IMG/VR virus record: IMGVR_UViG_3300020248_000007
Coordinates: 1-29,191 of that record
Reading direction: 5' to 3' (one strand)
Length of the DNA stretch: 29,191 bases
Origin: a virus
Taxonomy: Duplodnaviria; Caudoviricetes
The notes beneath the pieces were generated by a model. It was not told the DNA's origin. It saw only the letters and a program-made list of their open reading frames with translations, and did not search any database. How positions within the stretch are numbered: position 1 is the first letter of the stretch; every line of letters begins with the position of its first letter. This document shows, piece by piece, positions 20,464 to 27,337 of this stretch. The position numbers and the translations under genes are program-made.

Positions 20464-20890
20464 TTGGGTACCTTTGTAGTAGTTCAGATAAGACTGTATC
20501 TGTGTTGGTCCATGTAGCTTTTATTTGGTGTAGTGCATCTTCTTGTTGAATGACTGTAGCTAGTCGTGAAATTTCTACAGGTTTTTGTAGCATGTGCATA
20601 ACACCTAAAAAAGCTGCTTGTGCTTTATTTTCTTCTGTTACAGCACTGGTTAAGAAAATTGTAGGGATGTTTTGAGTACTTGGATTTGTGCGTAACATCT
20701 GACATAGTGATATACCATCAATCACAGGCATCATAACATCTAACACAATCACATCTGGAAGGGTTTCACATATACGCTGATAAGCATCAATGCTGCTAGA
20801 TGTTTCAACACTATTACCCGCTTCCTCTAGCCCATACTTAAGCATAGGAAGTAATATCTTGTCATCGTCAACTAAGAATACTTTAATCAT
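20429..20890 (-). CDS. Stand-alone response regulator receiver (CheY-like) protein
   Basis: 153 aa with LVDDD (D8-D10), PDVIVLDVMMP.IDG (phospho-acceptor D51), IP.IFLT (T81) and KP (K103); ~35-aa C-terminal tail with no recognisable output domain. Confidence 0.93.
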   Translation of the reverse strand: MIKVFLVDDDKILLPMLKYGLEEAGNSVETSSSIDAYQRICETLPDVIVLDVMMPVIDGISLCQMLRTNPSTQNIPTIFLTSAVTEENKAQAAFLGVMHMLQKPVEISRLATVIQQEDALHQIKATWTNTDTVLSELLQRYPNATDEDAEICT

Positions 20891-21284
20891 TTTGGCCTAC
20901 CTTCGAACCAGTTGTAACCAAAGACGTAAATAGATCGTCAATACGTTTTTGGGTTATGTTTGTTGATGTCTTAATTGCTGCAATAGCTATACCAAAATCT
21001 TTTTTCACTTCTGCCAACTCTTTCGTTACTTTATCTTGAACATGCTGAAGTTGTGTAATCAGGTATTCTCGCTCTTTGGCAGCAAGCTCTTGTGCTTCTA
21101 TCTTAGCAAGATTTTGTGATGTTGTAAGGTCTGCTATGGCTTTAGAGTGCTCTTTAATACTTTCACGCATACTCTTATGTTGCAGGTAGTAACGCACAAT
21201 AACAAAAACAACAGGTAATAATCCTGCTACAACCAGTATTGGTTTTCCAAATATTTTAACTAACTCTTCTAGAATGGCGTCCAT
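20883..21284 (-). CDS. Single-TM coiled-coil membrane protein (holin/antiholin candidate)
   Basis: 133 aa; hydrophobic PILVVAGLLPVVFVIV followed by basic residues and a ~90-aa heptad region; first gene of the lysis cassette, overlapping the receiver start by 8 nt. Confidence 0.7.
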   Translation of the reverse strand: MDAILEELVKIFGKPILVVAGLLPVVFVIVRYYLQHKSMRESIKEHSKAIADLTTSQNLAKIEAQELAAKEREYLITQLQHVQDKVTKELAEVKKDFGIAIAAIKTSTNITQKRIDDLFTSLVTTGSKVGQND

Positions 21285-21354
21285 ATGAGTACCTGTGAAT
21301 TTTTGTAGTTATGGAAGCCCGTTTATGGTGATTCGGCTAATCACAGGTACCCAT
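21285..21354 (-). promoter_or_regulatory. Predicted RBS-sequestering RNA stem with 5-codon uORF
   Basis: mRNA AUGGGUACCUGUGA (21354-21341) pairs with UCACAGGUACUCAU (21298-21285): 14 bp including one G-U, covering the AGGU SD right up to the AUG at 21284. Confidence 0.6.
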
Positions 21355-21362
21355 TGTACTTA

Positions 21363-21545
21363 CTATTTTTCTGGTTTTTCAACTTCTTTAGGTTTTAAGT
21401 GCTCAAATAGTTCTACTGTAGTTTCTTTGCCACTTACTTGCAGTAACTGATGTATTGTATTTTCAAGTAACTCCTTACGCTGAGTAAGATCATATAATTT
21501 AGCTTTTAATACAATTATCTCTGCTTCTAATTTTTGACTATCCAT
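21363..21545 (-). CDS. Small coiled-coil protein resembling T4 gp57A tail-fibre chaperone
   Basis: 60 aa; QKLEAEIIVLKAKLYD resembles the T4 gp57A N-terminus (QKLSAEIVTLKSRILD, from memory); TAATG-coupled to the gp67-like gene. Confidence 0.55.
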   Translation of the reverse strand: MDSQKLEAEIIVLKAKLYDLTQRKELLENTIHQLLQVSGKETTVELFEHLKPKEVEKPEK

Positions 21546-22273
21546 TATAAATACCCGTTTTGTTCAAAAATACTTACAGATTCTGCTTCTGCATTAATAT
21601 TAGCTACAGTCGCTTCTTCTGCTTTTATTGCGTTATAGAATGATGTTCTGTGTGCAAATCTAGTGTTATTTGGGTCTAAATGTGATCGTGCATTTAAGCA
21701 CCGATAAACCAAATAAGAAATGACTGCATTAATTTGCTCAGGCTTGATATCTACCTCTTGCTGTAGTGCAGTGCTTCCTGTACTACCATAGTTAGCTTCG
21801 ATTAGCTTAGGTCCAAACTTATAGGTTACATATAACTGTTCCCAATTACCCGGTTTAGGCACATACAACATAGTGTTATTACGTATCCAAAGTGAGTCTG
21901 GCTGATCTGGGTTATTTAAGTGCAGGATAGGTTTATTAGGGTCTTGGCTTTTAACATCCACAATCTGACGCACAGGGTCTTTAAATGGCAATCCAGAAAC
22001 CTCTGAAAGGTATTTTACAGGCTCACTTGAGGTAGTATTTGAATCAACAAAAGCCCAATCAATCATGTATAAACTTTTAGCTGAATCCAGTGTAAGTTTT
22101 ACTGCCTGTATTGGGTTAACTACTGTAGTGTGAATCTCAATTAGTGCTGCATTTAGATACGTAAGAATCTCATCATAGTGGTACTCAGAAACCCCGGGAG
22201 TTGCATTACCACCCATATTTAAACCTTGGAGTGGTGAGTGTTTTATGTATGGCATCAAATCAATAATTTTCAT
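21545..22273 (-). CDS. N4 gp67-like head-tail adaptor/virion protein
   Basis: 242 aa with I..YLN.AL.EIHT, Y.ID..F..SN...EP.KYL and FEQNGYL end; immediately downstream of terminase as in N4. Confidence 0.8.
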   Translation of the reverse strand: MKIIDLMPYIKHSPLQGLNMGGNATPGVSEYHYDEILTYLNAALIEIHTTVVNPIQAVKLTLDSAKSLYMIDWAFVDSNTTSSEPVKYLSEVSGLPFKDPVRQIVDVKSQDPNKPILHLNNPDQPDSLWIRNNTMLYVPKPGNWEQLYVTYKFGPKLIEANYGSTGSTALQQEVDIKPEQINAVISYLVYRCLNARSHLDPNNTRFAHRTSFYNAIKAEEATVANINAEAESVSIFEQNGYL

Positions 22274-22276
22274 AGC

Positions 22277-23899
22277 TTATCCTGTATAACTATCATAACC
22301 AGTTTCTGTTTCTGCTTCGTATCCATAGCTTGAATATATACTCCTACCTTCAGAAAATACAGCAGCAGGACTAGGATACACTAAATCCATAAACATAAGT
22401 TGTGTAATGGTATCCAAACAATCATCATACTTAGATTTTGCTTTGGCTTTGGTTGCCAAGTTAAGTTCTTCTAGCATTTCAATTAAAGCAGGATGTGAAG
22501 CTTTATCTGTAGGGAAATAAAATAGTTTTTGTTTAAACCAAGGGACAATTTCCTTAAAGCGAGTATACTTAGCTTTGTTGTTTACTGGCATTATCCCGGG
22601 CTTACCATCGTTATTATTTGATGCAAGATTAAAGTAGATATTACGTCTAAGCATTTCTGACATAACCCACTTTACAAAACCTTTCTGTTGTCCTGAGATT
22701 TCAATACCAACACTTAGTGGATTGTACTTCTGACATAGTTCAAACAGGTTATCAATGTTTTTATCCATTTCCTGTGAGCGTGCTATTCCATCTATCCAGA
22801 ATACCTGCCTATTGTGGTTTACAGCCCACACCGTAATCGCAGATAAATCTGCTCTACTTGTGTCTGACACCCCAAAGTCAGTAGTGATATAAATGTTTAA
22901 GTTATCTAGTTGGTGTTTTAGTTGACTAAGCTTATATTCACCATAGTCAGAATCCTCTAGTAGCTTTTCATCATCAGACATGATCCGCAACATGAGTTCT
23001 TGGTAGAATGACTCAAGCTGTCCTTGTTTTTTAGCTTTAAGGTATTTACCCATGACGTAATCATAGTCAAACCGGTCTTCCCATGAACCTCTAAACTCTT
23101 CCCGGGTACACGGAAATTTTTCACATACAGGGTAGACGTTTACTTGCCATGCACCAGACTCAACTGCTTTATATAAAGGATCACGAGCATTAAATGGAGT
23201 ACCAGACCATATGATAATGTTTTTATCCGGGTGTACTGCATATTCAATTGCTTTAGATATTGTATCTTCAACCTTTTTAATTACAGTATCACTGTCTGCG
23301 TCTTCATCTGAAATAACATCATCAATAACAGCTAATTGTGGTCGTTTACCTAATTCTTTGGTACCACGTACACCCGTCTTAGCACCGTAACCTTTTACGA
23401 TTAATCGCTTACCATCAACGTTCTTAAATTCCCAACGATTATCAGTAAACTTTGCTTCAGGTATCATTGCTTGCAAAAACTCACTTTCTTCATAACGGAA
23501 TTCCAAGTTTTTACGCATGTTTTTAACACCGTTTTCCATGGAATCTGAAATGTAGATAGCAAGGTCAATTGGACCAAATTTAGGAAGTTCACCATAAACA
23601 GCTAAATACAGAAATAAGTATTCACCGAAGACTGTTGTTTTTGCAGCCCCCCGATGAATCATATTAGCTATACTTACATGTTTCTGCTTTACATCCAGTT
23701 CATCTAACATAACATAGTGAATAGGTGGAGTGCTGTTTTCTTCACCCTCTTCACCATTGACCATTTTGATGAATTCTACGAAAGCTATCGAGAAGTCACT
23801 TGGTATGTGTAGGTTTAGGTTATCGTATGATACTTCAGAAAGAAGCTCCACGACCGTAGGAGCTTTTTCTTCCGTATCTAATGCATAGACATCAATCAT
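22277..23899 (-). CDS. terL: Terminase large subunit (N4 gp68 family)
   Basis: 540 aa with Walker A HRGAAKTT, GAKTGVRG.KELGKRPQLAVIDD (Walker B), WSGTPFN..DPLY and nuclease acidic motifs ITTDFG and DDCLD. Confidence 0.96.
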   Translation of the reverse strand: MIDVYALDTEEKAPTVVELLSEVSYDNLNLHIPSDFSIAFVEFIKMVNGEEGEENSTPPIHYVMLDELDVKQKHVSIANMIHRGAAKTTVFGEYLFLYLAVYGELPKFGPIDLAIYISDSMENGVKNMRKNLEFRYEESEFLQAMIPEAKFTDNRWEFKNVDGKRLIVKGYGAKTGVRGTKELGKRPQLAVIDDVISDEDADSDTVIKKVEDTISKAIEYAVHPDKNIIIWSGTPFNARDPLYKAVESGAWQVNVYPVCEKFPCTREEFRGSWEDRFDYDYVMGKYLKAKKQGQLESFYQELMLRIMSDDEKLLEDSDYGEYKLSQLKHQLDNLNIYITTDFGVSDTSRADLSAITVWAVNHNRQVFWIDGIARSQEMDKNIDNLFELCQKYNPLSVGIEISGQQKGFVKWVMSEMLRRNIYFNLASNNNDGKPGIMPVNNKAKYTRFKEIVPWFKQKLFYFPTDKASHPALIEMLEELNLATKAKAKSKYDDCLDTITQLMFMDLVYPSPAAVFSEGRSIYSSYGYEAETETGYDSYTG

Positions 23900-24623
23900 T
23901 GTTAGAACTCTTTATGGGGCTTTTCATAGCTCCAATATCGCTCAATGACATACCTGATTGCAATAGGCGTTTTCGTTCTTCAACCAATTCTTGTGTTGCT
24001 TGAGACAATGAACTGATAACTTTTTCTGTCTTGTCTTCAACAGTAACAGCCAGTTCTTGCTTTTCTGGTGGCTTCAAATGCTGAATAAGTGTTGCTGCTG
24101 CATCTTGACGTACTTTATCACTTTGACTGGTACGCATTAGATCTACTTCAGTTTGAATAGCTTCAAAGAATACATCTTTAAACAATACTGATGATGGGGT
24201 AATGGTTTGTTCAAATAATTTTTGAACCAACAAAGTACCATTATAGTTACTTGCATATGCAGATATTGTTTTATCTTTGGTACCTTTATCAATAAGTGTG
24301 TCGTAACGATCTGGAAATGTTTTACGCCATGCTTCTACAGTGCTATTTCCATTAAGTCGATATGATACATACCGCACAGCATTGAAGTACGATACTAACT
24401 TAAACTTACCATCTTTAAGTACACTACTAAAACCAATAACATTATCACGGAAAGAGAATTTCATTTCATCGTCCGTCATAATACTATTAATTTCATCAAC
24501 TGTTTCTTGAGTGATGCTTCTGCGAAGATTCGCAGGAATAGCATCACGTAACTCAGTTAATTCAATATGCCCTTCATCGTCAACTACTACAGGCTTTTTC
24601 TTTACCAGTTTTGATTTTTTCAT
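23892..24623 (-). CDS. N4 gp69-like protein, probable terminase small subunit
   Basis: Likely start MKKSKL at 24623 (AGGAG SD, ATGA overlap). Motifs F..VLKDGKFK...Y.NAV.YVSY.L.G, TFPDRY, SDKVR.DAA..L..HLKPPE. Confidence 0.85.
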   Translation of the reverse strand: MKKSKLVKKKPVVVDDEGHIELTELRDAIPANLRRSITQETVDEINSIMTDDEMKFSFRDNVIGFSSVLKDGKFKLVSYFNAVRYVSYRLNGNSTVEAWRKTFPDRYDTLIDKGTKDKTISAYASNYNGTLLVQKLFEQTITPSSVLFKDVFFEAIQTEVDLMRTSQSDKVRQDAAATLIQHLKPPEKQELAVTVEDKTEKVISSLSQATQELVEERKRLLQSGMSLSDIGAMKSPIKSSNND

Positions 24624-24937
24624 AGTACGTCTTCTCCTATCCAAGCTCCTTGGACATCTTCTGCGGATTTTTCACTATTACCAATATAGAAACAGTATGA
24701 TCTGCCTTTACGCACTTTTTTCACAAACCCTTTATCTCTAAGTTCGTTTAAAAGATTAACCAATGTTCGTGATGTGATATCCAGCTCTAAGCTTAAATCC
24801 TCAACATACACAAACTCATTAGGGGGAACAAAACATAAAACAGAATATAGCCAACGAGCACTAGTAGACAAACGAGAGTCTACTAATACCATTGGGTCTA
24901 CTTTCTGCCCATTTACGGGTAGAGAGTAAAATATCAT
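24620..24937 (-). CDS. Winged helix-turn-helix protein (paralogue C)
   Basis: 105 aa with D.RLS.SA..LY..L, L...L.I..RTL...LNEL..KGFV pattern (HTH_36 / replication-initiator N-terminal-like). Confidence 0.75.
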   Translation of the reverse strand: MIFYSLPVNGQKVDPMVLVDSRLSTSARWLYSVLCFVPPNEFVYVEDLSLELDITSRTLVNLLNELRDKGFVKKVRKGRSYCFYIGNSEKSAEDVQGAWIGEDVL

Positions 24938-25689
24938 TCAAATACCTTTGCTTCTAAGTATCGTTCTAAGGCTTCTTCTGGTGTTTCATTTTCAAGCATA
25001 GGAGCACTACCACCTATTGTTCCACCTTTCCATGAGCCTTTACCAGAACCTAATTCTTTATCAAAACTAAGGTCAAGTTCTCGGTGTGTCATTTTTACCC
25101 AAGGTAGCCATTTACGATGCCACTGACGTACATTGACAGCATAGGTGATGTTCACAGACAACAAACCATCGCAATCAGTAATAACCCGGGAAACTGTTTT
25201 TGATTCATATCTAGGGCTTTTCTTATACCAACTATCAGGATTATCTTTTTCAAGTTCTTTGACTAATACTAAACCATCGTCTTTGGTTAATACTTTATGG
25301 AACTCGAAAACATAAGATATGAAAGGAATATCCCAATGTTTTGATCTGATGCTAGTTACTTGGCCCCACTCTTTATCGAATTTACCACCCCACACAAAAA
25401 CAACTTGGTTATGTGAAATGTAGAACCCATAACGAGGTAGATCACACCCTTCTCCTAGTGATGTCTTAAATGGGAGTTTGATATGGAACATCCCCCAAAT
25501 GAAACCAAAACTAATAGAGTATCTTGGGTCAAAATAACCACCACGATTAACTAGTAGTTCTAAACCAAATCTAGGTGCAAAATATCCCCAGCTAAAGTCA
25601 ATGCTGTCTTTGTTTATGCGCCACATACCTAATATTTTTTGGAGCATCTTCTGCCAAAATCCAAATTCGTGTGAATATGTTTCTTTCAT
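24934..25689 (-). CDS. Hypothetical Trp/aromatic-rich phage protein
   Basis: ORF of ~251 aa, probably starting MKETYSH (ATGA overlap with upstream stop); C-terminal F..ELG...GSWKGGTIG motif. Function unknown. Confidence 0.7.
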   Translation of the reverse strand: MKETYSHEFGFWQKMLQKILGMWRINKDSIDFSWGYFAPRFGLELLVNRGGYFDPRYSISFGFIWGMFHIKLPFKTSLGEGCDLPRYGFYISHNQVVFVWGGKFDKEWGQVTSIRSKHWDIPFISYVFEFHKVLTKDDGLVLVKELEKDNPDSWYKKSPRYESKTVSRVITDCDGLLSVNITYAVNVRQWHRKWLPWVKMTHRELDLSFDKELGSGKGSWKGGTIGGSAPMLENETPEEALERYLEAKVFE

Positions 25690-26120
25690 TTTACACCCCA
25701 TAGCTCAAGGCGATACTCCAAACATTCTGCGTATCTTTTCATGTGTCTAAGCTGAATTGTCATTTGTATTTGCACATCTGCAGCCAATTGATCAAATGCG
25801 GTGTTGTTATCTATGAAATTTGAAAGGTTTTTAATTTTTTCCTGCAAATCTGCGTATTCATACTTTAAGCGATCCAATGCTGTATCTGTGGAATGATATC
25901 CAGCTTCAAATACTTCTTTAGGCGACCATGATACGTAGTTGTTTTCATAAATAACTAGATACCCGGGTTCATTCGTATTCTTGTTACGTTCAAAAAACTC
26001 AGCTTCGACATCCACAAACATGCCTAAGTTAGTAGCTGAGTGAATCCGATTACCTTCAATTTTTCCTATTAAAAATGCCATTACTTTTTTATGGCATGTG
26101 TACTCTGGTAAATTTTGCAT
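25686..26120 (-). CDS. Two-domain protein: GY.V.Y...Y.SWSP..FE domain fused to crAss001_48/T4 Y16Q-like helical domain; probable anti-defence protein
   Basis: 144 aa with AGGA SD. The C-half R.K.EY..L..KI..LS.F....F.......Q.....Q...MK.YAECLE.R matches the pattern of the small T4 Y16Q-like helical family (from memory). Confidence 0.6.
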   Translation of the reverse strand: MQNLPEYTCHKKVMAFLIGKIEGNRIHSATNLGMFVDVEAEFFERNKNTNEPGYLVIYENNYVSWSPKEVFEAGYHSTDTALDRLKYEYADLQEKIKNLSNFIDNNTAFDQLAADVQIQMTIQLRHMKRYAECLEYRLELWGVK

Positions 26121-26128
26121 AGTAGTTC

Positions 26129-26449
26129 CTATTGTTGAATATCGTCATATGTTTCAAGATATCTTTCATATGCTGCTTTAGCTGAATGTTTTTTACTACC
26201 TAAAACAAATAAAACACAATCTGAAATTTCTTTCACATATACTAAATCATTATCTTCGAGTTCGCTAATACATTCTTCAAATAATTCTTGAGTAATGTCC
26301 AAATGTTCGAATAAATCATTAGCGTCATGTTCTGTATTTTCAGTAACTCTGGTTAAAGCCAAATAAATGAATTTACTTTCTGGTGATATACTCCAAGTAA
26401 ACCAGTCATCAAAGTTAAACCAAATGTTCATCCAAATAATTTTAAACAT
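26129..26449 (-). CDS. Winged helix-turn-helix-like protein (paralogue B, acidic)
   Basis: 106 aa; IS..SK.IY..L, L...LDIT...F...ISEL...DLV and F.LG.....A align with the other two wHTH ORFs. Confidence 0.65.
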   Translation of the reverse strand: MFKIIWMNIWFNFDDWFTWSISPESKFIYLALTRVTENTEHDANDLFEHLDITQELFEECISELEDNDLVYVKEISDCVLFVLGSKKHSAKAAYERYLETYDDIQQ

Positions 26450-26451
26450 AA

Positions 26452-27009
26452 TTATAAGTGTGTTGTTACAGTTCCTAGTCCAAACGCTGCAGGGTCTATT
26501 GCTTTAGTGCTAGTGAAACCTGCCATATCAAACCCTTTCCACACTATTTTATTGTTTTTGTATGGGTGTGCTTCTGTTTCTATCCCTACTCTATTTTGAT
26601 GTGTTTCCGGGTCTTCTTTTTCTGTTTCCCGTAATTTTTCTCCTAGCTCCCCAATATCATTAGCCAAACATGAATGGATGTTGTGTCTAATAATTCCAGT
26701 TAGCAGGTGATGATCATAAATTACTTTGGCTGTACCTCGGGCATCGAGTTGCGTAATACTCTTCACAATTTGGATATCAGTACGTCCGAGAGAATCAGAA
26801 AGTTCTCGTGCATACCTACCATTTAAACCAGCATAGAAGTACGCTTGGGGTGGACACAGTAGAAGCTGCAATGTTGTAAGTCTGGTGTGTAACCATTCTT
26901 CAATATTGTCTTCAGTCACCGATAATCCGATTGGGAACTGGGGCTTCCATGTACTCAGCGTAGCGTTTAGTTTCTTCTGCTGTTCTTGTTGGGGTAACTT
27001 CTTCATCAT
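26452..27009 (-). CDS. Hypothetical protein
   Basis: Open frame fills the operon gap. Start is uncertain (27075 TTG, 27009 ATG or later); the 5' part overlaps the wHTH gene tail. Confidence 0.55.
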   Translation of the reverse strand: MMKKLPQQEQQKKLNATLSTWKPQFPIGLSVTEDNIEEWLHTRLTTLQLLLCPPQAYFYAGLNGRYARELSDSLGRTDIQIVKSITQLDARGTAKVIYDHHLLTGIIRHNIHSCLANDIGELGEKLRETEKEDPETHQNRVGIETEAHPYKNNKIVWKGFDMAGFTSTKAIDPAAFGLGTVTTHL

Positions 27010-27337
27010 TATGTTTTTTACGTTCTGTAAAATACTCATTTGCCACTTCATCCGCTTGTTTGTACGTTGTGCCAATAAAGGTCATGTAAATTTCTTTGGT
27101 TAGTTGTCTTGTAGCCAGAAAACCACAGCTAATAAGTTCTCTCTTGCAGCTAAGTAATTTCTTTTCACCAATACTAAATAACTTACATAACTCTAAATTT
27201 GTAATCATCTTACCTTGTGGTAATTTACACAATTTAATGTACAACAATTGTGCACCTTCACTAAGGTTAGGGTGATTAATTACATTGTAATCAACTTTGA
27301 TAAAAGCTCTACTGGGTACATGTTTAAAGTATTGCAT
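26912..27337 (-). CDS. Winged helix-turn-helix protein (paralogue A)
   Basis: 141 aa with AGGA SD; F.KVD..VI..PNLS.GA.LLY..L, EL...F.IG...L.....EL...GFL pattern. Confidence 0.78.
   Translation of the reverse strand: MQYFKHVPSRAFIKVDYNVINHPNLSEGAQLLYIKLCKLPQGKMITNLELCKLFSIGEKKLLSCKRELISCGFLATRQLTKEIYMTFIGTTYKQADEVANEYFTERKKHNDEEVTPTRTAEETKRYAEYMEAPVPNRIIGD

Noticed and set aside
20883-21284. Cognate histidine kinase for the receiver
   Set aside because: No H-box consensus or HATPase (N/G1/F/G2) motifs, and too short.
21285-21362. Known riboswitch (e.g. c-di-GMP) or tRNA in the lysis leader
   Set aside because: No recognisable aptamer consensus or cloverleaf; kept only as a generic anti-SD structure.
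22277-23899. Intron or intein in terminase (also checked portal and capsid)
   Set aside because: Lengths and motif spacing are normal; no splicing or homing endonuclease motifs seen.
148-24741. Numerous 60-134 aa ORFs nested in or antisense to structural genes (e.g. 148-375, 1992-2396, 4039-4278, 19473-19757)
   Set aside because: Fully overlap well-supported genes, with composition typical of off-frame translation.
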